Below, piece after piece: positions 1 to 12,050 of a stretch of 64,000 nt of DNA. The translations under genes were made by a program, and so were the position numbers. The stretch is from Octopus sinensis (lineage: Eukaryota): contig NC_043008.1 of the NCBI RefSeq assembly GCF_006345805.1, forward strand, positions 76,322,001 to 76,386,000, read 5' to 3'. The stretch's first letter is position 1. Each line of letters opens with the position of its first letter. The notes below the pieces were generated by a model. The model searched no databases, was not told where the DNA came from, and saw only the letters and a program-made list of their open reading frames with translations.

Positions 1-3000
1 CACAGGAGAGATAACGGATATTACAACAAATATACATATCAAATTACGTAAACTGGTTTCGAATGGTTTAAGATGTATCCAGTGATCTATCTTTAGTTTC
101 CGACAAGATCTATTTTTTAGAATGTGGATATAGATGTCTCGTTCCTGGAACTTAACCAGATGTTCTTTCAAAGGTACAGATTTACCAGTAAATATATCGA
201 ACATCTTTGACTCGTTAATGTAGGGTTTGGTCTTGGAAGGGATTTTCCATTTCCTGCTGTAGTTAATGTTTCCAGATTAGCGCCAAGAGGGTGCTGTATG
301 TCTCTTTTCGCGGTTTACATATGTACTCCAATACATATACAGAATAGTTCATACAACCCAATTCGTTTCTTAACTCCCATTACTTTACTAATATAAAATA
401 TAATAGGTTTACACTAGAATTTAAATTAGTTAAATACATTATTTCGTAATTGAGCTCAAATGATTCTTGATTATTTCAAAATTGCTTCCTAAACCGGATA
501 CAATGCTTTGATCCTAAAGCTTTAATATATCGTTAATTGTCAATCAAGCCAAAGACTATTACGGGCAAACGAATATATTCATCAGCTTTGCTACGCTGTT
601 AGTTATTTGTAGTTGTATAGGCCATGGTCACAGTGTAGTGCCAATGACAAGAACGGAAACCCCGGTTCTTCAGTTTCTTGAAACAAATCAGCTGTCTATG
701 ATATAAATCTAATTTAAATAAATTTCCGTAATAATAAACCTAAATAATATTTTCCTATTATTTATGAGTTTTGCATTTAATATACGGTTTAATATATTGT
801 TATTAGCAATGTTATAAATTGATATTTTCAATAACCGTCCTGAAAACTCCTAAAATGAAAGTCTATTTAAGTATGTAGTGTAAATAATTGGTTTAAAATT
901 TAAAGCAAACATCCTTTTAATATAATTAATTAGCAATATTACATTTGATATTTAGATTGTAATTCTCAGTTAATATTTTGTATTTCTTGATGAAATAAGT
1001 CATCTCTATTATTTATAAGTTGAAATTAATATATTGGATTACGTAATAGGTGATATTAAACTTTCAACGAGTGTTGTTTAAATTGATGTAATTTTCGGCC
1101 ATTTGATTCTCTTAGAAATTTTGGATCCAATCTGTTATTTCACTTCAACATAATACTTTTGTAAACTATATTAATATGAAAAGTATAATTGCCTTCTATA
1201 CTGGGGCGAAGTAAAACACTCGTTAAAAGGAATAACACTGAATTAAACATCATCAGAGAATTTTATTTACTAGAATCAAAATACCGTAATGGTCATTGTG
1301 TGACATATTGCTAAGGTGCTGAAGTAGCTGGTTATTCTTAATGCATTGAACCACCTGTTCAGAGTTACGGCACAGAACCAGCTGTTTAGAGTAAAGGTAC
1401 TGAACTAGATGCTCATTGTTAAGATGCACAATAGTTAAGGTGTGGAATTTACTTTCTATTTATAGGTAACTATACATTGTAAATTATTTAGTGTTAATTT
1501 ATCTATGTTAATAATGTATTAAGTTTCTTATTGATGCATGAGACCAGCTGTAGTGATCAGATGTTAAACAAAATATATTGTGAGCTTTCTTTACTTGTCC
1601 GCACTTCTACTGTGCATTATCAGGCGTTAGACGAGTTGTATATTGCTAAGATGTCAGATGAGCTCTAGGTTCGCAATGTGTTACACAATGGCTGTATAAA
1701 TCATCAAAATCCATGTTCAGATCTTTCGTAGAAGCTTCTTCGTGTTTCATTTATTCGTTCTCATTATTTTATCAGATTGGATATTTAGCGTGTTATCTTT
1801 ATTCTCTACATCCTTGTCTCTTTTCCGGGAAGTGCTTTGTAACTTATCTTCGTCACTGTACTACAATGAAACAAAGCAGCCAGCTGCAACACATAAATGG
1901 CTTCTTTGGCTTAGGAAGCAAAATATCACATTGTAGAATTAACAATATCCATATAAGTTGTCTATATTGATTTGGTTTTGTACAAATTTGGGTACTTTCA
2001 TCTACATAAATTATCATTTTCTGCAATGTCAAATGACTATAAATTTAAAGTGGCTCTATGTTATTTGAATGTTTTATACTACTAGAGAAAATATAATTAT
2101 TTTATTGATTTACTACCAGTCTATTCAAGCAGTAGTTTAACTTAGAACGAGGATGTAAAAAAGTTGTGCATCATATCAAAAAAACTTAGCACTTCATCGA
2201 TTCAACTCCGCTGAGTTGGCCTCTTTTCACTTCAATATTTCCATAAATATTTTATTCTGGGGTGATAAAAGATATAGATACTATGAAGGATAATGTATTT
2301 CACTTTGCCAACAACTCTCCACACAGATACACGAGACGCTTGTTTTAAAGAAGATACAATTATTTTTAACGGGCAGGTTAAAAACTATATGTACTCGCCA
2401 AACTTCAGTTTTATCCAAGATTTTAATTTGAATCTTGTCCGTCAGAACATCGATGCAAATTTTCACCCTTCCTATTTCTTTCGTTCCGTTGAAACTCCTT
2501 ACAAAATGTATTTTTCTAACCGATTTACTTCATTAACTGTATCATTCGATAATTCAAATCACATACATTACACGCATTTACTTCTGACTTACAGCTATCC
2601 ACTCCACAAATCATACCGAGTAATCCTTATCTTCGGACCAACAGCTGCATAAGAAAAGGTATAGACATTGTTCAATTCACGCTGTTCTGTATATAAGTAC
2701 AATTATTTCCCTTGTTCTAGTATCTATATAATATAATTATGCTTTAAATATTTTATAATTTGTCAGCATCAATGCTCAACCGGTTGTAAATTTCTGCAGT
2801 ATTATGAAATATAGTTGTGCTAATGTTTGCACGTTCTACATTTCACCTTGCTTGTTTTTATTCTCGAAACGCATGTTATGAAATGCAATAGAATTTGCAT
2901 TGTTATTACAACTTCAGTAACTCATAACATTTTATTTGAAATCGAATGGTCAACTGAAGAGTATTCTATGAAAGAAGAGCGTCCTCCCCAATAGAAGGAT

Positions 3001-3010
3001 TATACCTCAC

Positions 3011-3152
3011 CCGTAGGAGACGATAAATGATACTAATGTCATTAACACCGACAACAATTCATTAGAACAGTTATTCAGATAAGTACAGAAACAAATGCCT
3101 TTCCTTAAAGTAATGTTACAGCATTTCTGACGGTAAACTACATATGGAATAT
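3011..3152 (-). CDS. Candidate coding exon (Cys-rich stretch then hydrophobic tail), unassigned
   Basis: Acceptor ttttaatatccttcgaacctcag, donor GG|GTGAGG, 142 nt open in phase 1->2: IPYVVYRQKCCNITLRKGICFCTYLNNCSNELLSVLMTLVSFIVSY. No homology recognised. Confidence 0.22.
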
Positions 3153-3698
3153 CTGAGGTTCGAAGGATATTAAAATTGTAAATGAGGATTTTTCAAACTT
3201 AAATAACCTATAGAATATCAAACGCAAAAAAATGTTTCGTTGCTTTAAATTCCTAATATATTACAGAAATATTGGAGTAAAAAGAAAATTAAAGAAAATG
3301 GGCAGAATTATATTTTCCTAAATTTTACTATCTGACATGAGATGCAAATTTTGAAAAATAATTTGGAACTATTAAAAAGGTTTCTCTTTAAAATAAAATT
3401 CACCTTAATCTTCTCAAGTTGTCTTTATTAAAAAGCTATTACATAAAAAGAAAATACAACGAAAAGTTAATTTATACGGTAAAGCAGTTTTCATTATGGA
3501 AACACTATTTTCAAACGTTTGAAGGATTGTCAACCATCATTAATTAAAGTTTTTATTTGAAAATAGTTTGTAATATTTTTTAAATGTTTATAAAGTCGAC
3601 ATTTTCTTAACCTCTAGAGAAATTCATTATAGTTTGCTTTCAAAAAAAGTGGATATCAAAAAATAAGAAATAGACTAGATAATATACAACACTAGATT

Positions 3699-3744
3699 GT
3701 GGTTGGTTGGCAAGCTACTTACCACACAGCCACTCCTGCGCCTA
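3699..3744 (-). mobile_element. 5' head fragment of octopus-type tRNA/CORE-like SINE (family A)
   Basis: Reverse complement reads aggcgcaggagtggctgtgtggtaagtagcttgccaaccaaccac, matching the head of the fuller copies at 31466 and 55553. Confidence 0.8.
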
Positions 3745-3763
3745 TATATATATGATTATATAT

Positions 3764-3807
3764 ATACATATGGATATATATATATATATGTGTATAAAGA
3801 TTATCGA

Positions 3808-3865
<58 letters not shown>

Positions 3866-3898
3866 GGATATATATATGTTTATAAAGATTATCGACGA
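3764..3898. repeat. Direct duplication of a ~45-bp unit separated by (TA)n
   Basis: catatggatatatatatg(t/g)ttataaagattatcgacga-like unit at ~3764-3810 and ~3858-3898. Confidence 0.85.
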
Positions 3899-4132
3899 CT
3901 CACACCTAATGCTGCGCCCTCTTTGTACGCATTTGAAGGGCCTGTGCCATCACTCCAACCATTGCGTACGATCCATTGCCTCATCGATGTAACTTTGTTG
4001 AAATATGCTCAATATCTCTGTAGCAGACTTTCGAAGTTTAAAGCAAAATTTTAAGTTGGCTTTTTTTCCAAATTTTCTCCATAATACTATCGTAGACTAC
4101 AGCATAAAAGTGATAACAAGAGCAATACTTAC

Positions 4133-4217
4133 TCAGCTTCCGAAGTAAACACAGCAATGTCAGTCGGCACACTGCCTCATGAATGTCACTGCTAGCTCTC
4201 AATGCGCCCGCAGCCAT
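4133..4217 (-). CDS. Candidate first coding exon in a CpG-rich patch, unassigned
   Basis: ATG at 4217, open frame MAAGALRASSDIHEAVCRLTLLCLLRKL, then donor A|GTAAGT (phase 1). Locally GC/CpG-rich against an AT-rich background. Confidence 0.25.
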
Positions 4218-4319
4218 GCGCTGTCATACGCTGCCGCGCTACAGAACTAGTCCGGGAAATGTTAATACTATCACCTATAGAGACATACATAAATACATGC
4301 ATGTATATGTATAATTATA

Positions 4320-4465
4320 TTCACTGACACAAACAAGTATACATACACATATACATACCTGAATACATACACACACACGTATACATGCACATATGCATAC
4401 CTGAATACAGACAGACATATAGACGTATACATACCTGAATATACACAGACGCATAACTGAATATT
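4320..4465. repeat. Degenerate minisatellite (catacctgaata core, ~4 copies)
   Basis: catacctgaata recurs three times, plus cataactgaata, among CA/TA-rich spacers. Confidence 0.7.
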
Positions 4466-4583
4466 TATACACACACATACATACATATTCATACATAAAT
4501 CTAACTATCTATTTATCTATATTTATGCATACATATATATATATGTATGTATATATATATATTTGTGTGTGTGTGTGTGTGTA

Positions 4584-4692
4584 TGGGTGCAGGAGTGGCT
4601 GTGTGTTACGTAGCTTCGTTACCAAACACATGGTTCTGGGTTCCGACTGCGTGGCGCCTTGGGCAAGTGTCTTCAACTATAGCCTATGGCTG
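4584..4692 (+). mobile_element. SINE family A, 5' half
   Basis: gcaggagtggctgtgtg head, B-box-like GGTTCCGACT, CORE-like gcgtggcgccttgggcaagtgtcttc. Confidence 0.8.
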
Positions 4693-5090
4693 GGGAGAGA
4701 CCTTCTGTTTCAATGCCTTATTGATTAACACGCTCACATGTTCATATTATTCATGAATGCGCAGAATGCATTCATACAAACGTACACAAGCATACATATG
4801 CATATGCGCACACACATACATGCATGCATATATACACATGTCTATACAACTGTACAGGAACGAACATACATGCACACAAGCGAACAAATAAATAGAAGGG
4901 AAACAGCTCTGATAATGTACAGATTCAGCAACTATTAAAGAAACTGCAAGAACCAACGAAAATTTTAGAAAAAGAAACTGAGTGGAAAATGACCCGGTGA
5001 GTGTAATCAATAAATGAGGCATTCAAACAGACTTAATCTCCCTAGATATAACATATGTGTGGATAGACATATGAGAGTGATACATATACA

Positions 5091-5134
<44 letters not shown>

Positions 5135-5679
5135 CGTTAAAATATTTGTTGTGCAAGATTTTTTATGTTAAGCCGTGTGTTGAAACAGATATTGTTATAT
5201 TTCGGAATGGTCATATTGCCGGTTTAGCCAATAAAAACACACGCACTATATATTTGGTGTTATTTTTCTTCAGTGTTATTTATTTTTTACATTAATCTTA
5301 ATCTTATTTCGGCCAGAGTTCTTTCGTCACACTCAGTGGTCCTTCGTTTTCTTCTCTTCTTTCTTATTTGTGTCTCTCCTTACTAACCGTCAGCCATTTT
5401 GTATTTCTATTGTATCTCTATGTGCGTCTATGTTTATTTAGTGTGTGTATGTGGGGGGGGGATGCCTTTAATATTTGTATCTTCTGTTTATATATGTTCA
5501 GGTAATATGTATTTTGTTTTTGTTGTTTTTGTTTATTCTTATTTTGTTCATGTGTTTACATCCACTTATTATTATCATTACATATGCTTGTATGTATGTA
5601 TGTATAACAACAATACTAATAATAATAATAATAAATCGAATCGAAAAAAATATATATATATAGTTATTTATTTCTATTT

Positions 5680-6540
5680 GTTTATTTATCTGTGTATTTA
5701 TTATGTTTTCGGGATCCTCTATCGTCTTGGTGTGCGCTAGTGCTCCATTCTAGTTTTCTATTCAGGCAGGTTTATTTTCTATTATGTGTGTAGCTTCTGT
5801 AATTTGTCTAATTGTTGCATCTGTTCTATGTGTGGATAATATTTTAATTTCTATGTTATTGATTGATCCCCCGTGTTCCTGTTCGGTGTGTTGGTACAGA
5901 ATCGATGAGCTTTTACCTTCCTTGAGTTGTCTCCAATGTACATTTACCTGCTCTCCTATGCTTCTTGCCGTTTCCCCTACGTATGTCGTTGTCTTGTTAC
6001 TGCGTCGTCCCTCTATACATCTTATACTATAGACTACATTTCTGGCTTTACAGTTTGTTTGTGGGCTAAATCTACATACAGTACAGTACTTATCCGTACA
6101 GAGGGTTCTACTAAAAGGATAGGTTCTACCAATTATAGATTTGATAGGGTTGCCTGGCTTTTCAACAACCTTAATTCTTAGCTTAAGTTTGTCTAGGGTC
6201 CTTCTAAAGCGGTACGCCAGTTCACCTCCAGGGGTTGTGTCAACGAACATGACACTCTGGTATTTATGGCTATCATACCAAGAATTGGCCTTCCCTATTT
6301 TCTTTTTTCTCCTTTCTATAGTGTTCCATGACTTGTTCCTATAGAGTGGGCAAATCCCATTCCTATCATTACATAATATATTATCAAATTTCTTCATGCT
6401 CCTTTGTATACTCTGATCCTTTCTTTATGGCTGTAACCTGAGAACTGCATGCGGTGAATGAAATATTGTATATGTCTCTTTAACTCTGTGGGCTCGCACA
6501 TGCATGACACATTTCTCATTATTCTGACGAGGTCTGCCAT
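5680..6540 (-). pseudogene. PLE RT C-terminus plus GIY-YIG endonuclease remnant
   Basis: DLVRIMRNVS..F..RMQFSGY (stop) ..CPLYRNKSW..FVDTTPGGEL..PF..C..C.VC..NCKARNVVYSIRC..YVGETARS. A 1-bp frameshift near 5765 restores the terminal PALNRKLEW. Confidence 0.9.
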
Positions 6541-6740
6541 CAAAATAAGAATAAACAAAAACAACAAAAACAAAATACATATTACATGAACATATATAAA
6601 CAGAAAATACAAATATTACAGGCATCCCCCCACACACACACTAAATAAACGTAGACGCACATAGAGATACAATAGAAATACAAAATGGCTGACGGTTAGT
6701 AAGGAGAGACACAAATAAGAAAGAAGAGAAGAAAACAAAG

Positions 6741-6784
6741 GACCACTGATGCGGTCACAGGAGTGTGACGAAAGAACTCTGGTC
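6741..6784 (+). ncRNA. Minimal type I hammerhead ribozyme (core A9->C variant) in pLTR
   Basis: GACCA-CTGATGC-G-GTCACA/GGAG/TGTGAC-GAAA-GAAC-TC-TGGTC: 5-bp stem I, 6-bp stem II, minimal stem III. Confidence 0.75.
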
Positions 6785-6898
6785 GAAATAAGATTAAGAT
6801 TAATGTAAAAATTAAATAACACTGAAGCAAAATAACACCAAATATATAGTGTGTGTGTTTCTATTGACTAAACTGGCAATGTGACCATTCCGAAATAT

Positions 6899-7091
<193 letters not shown>

Positions 7092-7140
7092 GTAGAAATA
7101 TGTTACGAAAAGAAAATATAAAATACACGTGGAAATGTTA

Positions 7141-7560
7141 GGGTAAAATATGAAAAATCAACGAAAATGAATATTGCATATAGAAAAAGGCTATTTATGA
7201 CAGGTAGTGACAAATATATACATTTAGATTGACTGAGGTAGTAATACGAGTCATAAAGGTCATTATCATGAGATGATTATAAGATGATAATAATAATAAA
7301 TTAAGAGAACAAAACGAACCGATTGGTTTACGCGAAGGCTATTCATCAAAAACGATAAATAGCCTTCGCGTAAACCAGTTGGTTCGTTTTGTTCTCTTAC
7401 TTTATTATTATTATCATCTTATAATCATCTCATAATAATGACCTTTATGACTCGTATTACTACCTCAGTCAATCTAAATGTATATATTTGTCACTACCTG
7501 TCATAAATAGCCTTTTTCTATCTGCAATATGCATTTTCGTTGATTTTTCATATTTTACCC
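7141..7560. repeat. 420-bp near-perfect palindrome (~205-bp arms, ~8-nt loop)
   Basis: gggtaaaatatgaaaaatcaacg...cgcgaaggctatt mirrors aatagccttcgcg...cgttgatttttcatattttaccc with few mismatches. Confidence 0.95.
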
Positions 7561-7592
7561 CTATATATATATGTATATATATATATATATTT

Positions 7593-7650
<58 letters not shown>

Positions 7651-7814
7651 ATATTTAAAGGGCTAAGAAACTACTACGTGGTCAGCCGTATGCTAGAAGT
7701 AGATCACCTATGATCAAACTACAAAGAAAAGAATGTTCTCAAGAGAAAAATTCAGCGGACACCAGAAGAATATGTGGGCAAGACAGAAAAAAATTGTATA
7801 AAAAACAAGAATTA

Positions 7815-7890
7815 CTCCCAGACTGGTGGTTTCTTCTGTTAATGAATGAATCACTTACAAAATCCCTCGTCCGTAAGCTCGTCAGTACGA
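7815..7890 (-). ncRNA. Degenerate hammerhead, left-arm copy
   Basis: TCGTA-CTGACGA-GCTT...AGAA-GAAA-CCACCAG-TC-TGGGAG; stem II base disrupted. Confidence 0.5.
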
Positions 7891-8071
7891 TCGTTCTACA
7901 GGTAATATAATTTGTAAAACTAACCACCAGTTTTCCGTATAAAAACAGACATGTGCTTAGTTTCACCGATTACATTGTGGTTAATTTCAAATATCTGAGT
8001 TCTGGCGCGCTAAAATTCCGGAAGCAAAATCTGCAGTAAATGATTTACAAATTATATTATCTTTGGAACGA

Positions 8072-8147
8072 TCGTACTGACGAGCCTACGGACCAGAGAT
8101 TACGTAAGTGATTCATTCGTTAATAGGCGAAACCGTCGTCCTGCAAG
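8072..8147 (+). ncRNA. Hammerhead ribozyme, right-arm copy
   Basis: TCGTA-CTGACGA-GCCTA...TAGGC-GAAA-CCGTCG-TC-CTGCAAG: intact CUGANGA/GAAA/GUC core, 5-bp stem II base, stem I weakened. Confidence 0.65.
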
Positions 8148-8931
8148 TAATTCTTGTTTTTTATATAATTTTCATCTGTCCTGCCCGTATATTGTTCTGG
8201 TGTCCGCTGAATTTTTCCCTAGAGAACATTCTTTTCTTTGTAGTTTGATCGTAGGGGATCTACTTCTAGCATACGGCTGACCAGTTTGTGCTTTTTAGCC
8301 TTTATATATACACATGTATTAGAATTTTCTCTGATTTTTCAGATTTTTGTATGCTAGGCTACTGGTTTTAAATTGATATTAATTAAATTAATATTCAATT
8401 TATCTCCCTCATTATTTAAATATATATATATATATATACATACACACACACACTTATAGAGACGTGCCAAGTAATATGGTATATTTCATATTTTTTAAAC
8501 TGTCACTTCCCCCATCAGGATGTCTTCACACAATACAGAAAAAACAAATACAGAAATACAGTTATACAATTACATACAAGCCATCCGAAAAACTAAGACA
8601 TTGCGCTTACCAACATTTATAGTAATCTAATATTACCTAAATAGCATATAATCAGAAGACTATGTATTCATAAATTTTATGAATACTTTTGAGTATATAC
8701 CAAACTTTTATCTCAATTGAGGTAGGAAAAAGCAATTATCCAGAATGTGTCCATCTGTTCTAGTTGAATTAAATTCTATGTTTTTGTGCAGCTGAAGATA
8801 GCTCTGCATTTTAAATTGATGTAATGATTGCATTGTTCAATTAAATTGAGTTGCATGAAACGACCGTACTGCATTACCTCTGGATATCCTTGTTGCTTAT
8901 TTTGAGATATAAACACATATTTATATAAATA

Positions 8932-9850
8932 TATCAGGTCATTTCCTAAGTTCAGTCCAATTTGACCATTTTAATAGTATTTTATAATGTCTAATGGAAT
9001 TTAAAATTATTTCTATGCATTTGTGTACATTTGAACTAATTAAATATTATTTTACACAATATTAGAATTAAAATTTCCTTCATTAAAGCCTTTTCTATCA
9101 TGGAAGTATCCCAAAAAACATTTGAAGCACATAATACTTTATGAGTACAAAAATGAAACACTGCAACCGAAGCGACTCGAAGCATACACTCAGTTTATGG
9201 GAACGAATGTTTGAATAAAAGAACTTACAGAAGATGGTTTGCAAAATTCAGAAGTGGAGATTTCAGTCTTGCAGATGAAGATCGAACAGGACGTCCAGTT
9301 GAGTTTGATGATAAGCTCCTTGAGGCATTACTTGAAGAAAATCCTGCATTACCAGTTGAAGAACTGGAAATAAAGCTTACTTCAAACCATACAACTGTTC
9401 ATCGTCATCTTCAACAACTTGGAAAGGTTCCTAAACACGGAAAATGTGTGCCTCATGAAGTGTCCGAAAGCAACCGCAAATCCTGAGTTGACATCTGCTC
9501 TTCTCTCCATTTTCGCGAACTCATTTCACCCTTTTTGGATAGACTTGTGACTGGTGATGAAAAATGGATGTTCTATCGAAATGTTAAATGTTGGAAACAG
9601 TGGTTTGGTAAAGGGGGAAGAGCTCAACCACAACCGAGAATGAGACTTTATGGGAAAAAGTTTCTCCTCTCCATCTGGTGGGATTGCAAAGGAGTAATTT
9701 ACTTTGAATTATTACCACCTAATGCCACAATCAATGCTCAAGTCTACTGTCAGCAATTAGAGCGTTTGAACCAAGCTTTGAAGAAATAAAGAATCGAAAA
9801 GGAGTGATGTTTCATCAGGACAATGCGCTATGGCAATGGCAATATACATG
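8932..9850 (+). mobile_element. Mariner (DD34D) transposon, degraded and 3'-truncated
   Basis: TA-tcaggtc..taagttc TIR-like start; WFAKFRSGDFSLADEDRTGRP, CVPHEVSE, VTGDEKWMFY, SIWWD..GVIYFELL, FHQDNA; stops and frameshifts present. Confidence 0.9.
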
Positions 9851-11135
9851 TACCAAATTATGGGGACTCATTCGAAATGAGCCTCAAAAAGATGGAAGAA
9901 GTATAAAACAATCTAGTTGTCAGCCTTCACATATTTCTTCAAGGAAACTTCAACTTCCATAATGTTGAATGGCCTGAGAGCCGCCTTGTATCAGGCATGC
10001 CATTGCATAAACAGAAGCAAGTAGAGTCTGCGCTCGACATCACACTTATGGCCTTTATGGAAGAAATAGTGTTCCACCAACAAGCGGTGGAAATGTCCTG
10101 AACATTTGCTTCACATATAATGCGTCGCTCATCCATAATATTAAGGAGACACCGGCGATTATCTCAGACCATAATTTAATAGAGCTAACATGTACGGTTC
10201 ACAGAGAACAGATATGCAGGCTACTAGAAGTACTCAACTCTTTTCAGTCTGAACTTTCATAAAGATTGGACGGGTATAAAAAAAGAGGTCATGAAACTAA
10301 GTTGGTCTACGTAAGATATTGACATAAAGCTATAAGACATTATAACAATCGTGCATAACATAAGCAGCAAGTTTGCTCCAGAGAGAATATCAAACCGACA
10401 GAAAATCATAGTTCCTCTCGATAGAAAGTTTCTAATGAGACGACAAGAAAGGTTCTAATGAGACGACAAGTGGTCACTAAAGGATAGTAATTAATAATAT
10501 CTCAAGTAAACGCTACTTAAGATTGAAAGTGAACTCAACACTGTCATGAGAAGGAAAGAACAGAGAGGGAAGCCGGGGTTGTAAACATTCTAAAACTAAA
10601 CCATAAAGCCCTCTATAGATAGATTTGAAAAAGAGTTTACTTCAGATGTTAAGTGAAACGCTAAATGTGTCCGATGGGACACTTGCAAATAGCCATGTCC
10701 GATGAATTCTGTGGGACAACAGCTCTAAACAAAGTGATGGCAATTATCGATAACATCGAAACGCAATAATCTGATGTAATATCAGCTGTTGATGAAAATG
10801 ACCTTAAACTCAGCCACTGGCTCTGATGGATTCCCAGAAATCCTCCTGAAGAAAAGCGAAGGGACTCTTGAAAGACCACTACAAATACTCTTCCAAAAGC
10901 TTCCTCGCAACTGGAAGTTAAAGTACGACATAATATATCCTATCCATAAAGGAGGTAGTAGAGCGAATGCTAAGAGTTATAAACCTGTCTCTGTAAACTT
11001 CCATGTCAGTAAAGTCATGAAATACATTGTCAGGAATTAACTGACAGCGTTATTTGAATATAATGCCTTCCTCTCGGATACCCAGCATGGCTTCCGTTCA
11101 GAAAGAAGTTGCTTTACACAACAACTGCAGAACTT
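9850..11135 (+). mobile_element. CR1/L2-like LINE fragment (APE C-terminus to early RT)
   Basis: FLQGNFNF..EW, PTSGGN.LNICFT, ISDHNLIEL; SATGSDGFPEILLKK, PIHKGG..SYKPVS, QHGFRSERSC. Confidence 0.85.
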
Positions 11136-11279
11136 ACGGACAGAACTTATGGGATGACCTGATATATCTGCTAAAATGAGATGTTAATGTAATTTTAACT
11201 TTTGTGTAATTTAGATGCCAGTTTATTCACCGCGCCCCGCATATATATATTTATATATATATATATATATGGGGGGAGT

Positions 11280-12050
11280 GCCTGCTGCCCTGTTTTGAGC
11301 TTCGTCCATATCTTGGTTTTATACACGTGAAACCAAGCGTTGTTGCTCATTTCAATCCCCAGATCACTTAATGTACTTGACTCACGAGTTGCTGCTTCTT
11401 TTGGTTTAAAGTATCTTTGTTGCAGCATGTTAGCACAAACCAGCTGAAAGAAACCTCGAAATGTTCTTGCATGAAATTACATGTGTGGAAGATTAGCACC
11501 GGAAGGTTCTTTGACTACCTATATTATATTTGTGTCGTTGGCATAGCTAGTAAGTGTGGTTGTCTGTGTAACTGACGGCATGTCCTACAGAACCACCATA
11601 AACTCTATTACTGTCTCGTCTGTGGCTTCCACAGTCTAGCTCCTGTCTTTTAAGAAGTCATGTAACCACTATCCCAGTTTTCCGACTAATTCGCTATAAC
11701 ATGTGACATTTCATCCCATGATCAACTTTATCGAAAGCCTTTGCAAAATCAAGATATATCACATCCACGTTTGACCCATTTATAATACTGCAGTTGCTGT
11801 ATAAAAGCAACTGTTTCCTGAACGGAAGCCATGCTGGGTGTCCGAGAGCAAATAATTATATTCCAAGAACGCGATCAGTTAGTTCCTGACAATTGACATG
11901 GAAGTTTAGAGAGACAGACTTTTAGCACTTAGCATTCGCTCTACAACCTCTTTTTCCGTTCGCTTCGATCCAAGTTGGTTGAAAGACCATTTAACGAAGC
12001 AGCACAGAAGATTCGGAGAATGTACTGGACTCCATATTCGCTATCGTTAT
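11280..12050 (-). mobile_element. Second CR1/L2-like RT fragment, same family, opposite orientation
   Basis: QHGFRSGNSC, DVIYLDFAKAFDKVDHG, SYANDT; shares ~170 bp with the plus-strand copy at ~10955-11130. Confidence 0.85.

Larger units (their letters stand above)
7656..8304. mobile_element. ORF-less inverted-repeat element (~260-bp arms, ~125-nt spacer) with a hammerhead in each arm
   Basis: Arms 7656-7918 and 8044-8304 are reverse complements (e.g. gtcagccgtatgctagaagtagatc / gatctacttctagcatacggctgacc). Confidence 0.8.

Noticed and set aside
549-590. Minus-strand CTGATGA with downstream GTC
   Set aside because: No GAAA and no coherent stem II.
2293-2652. 119-aa plus-strand ORF (also 54671-55132, 153 aa)
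   Set aside because: No recognisable motif or splice context; consistent with chance ORFs in biased sequence.
7347-7390. Hammerhead-like layout at the palindrome centre (AAAACG/CGTTTT, GC-CTTC-GC, GTAAA-CC-AGTT-GG)
   Set aside because: The core reads ATAAATA/GTAAA; too many substitutions to call.
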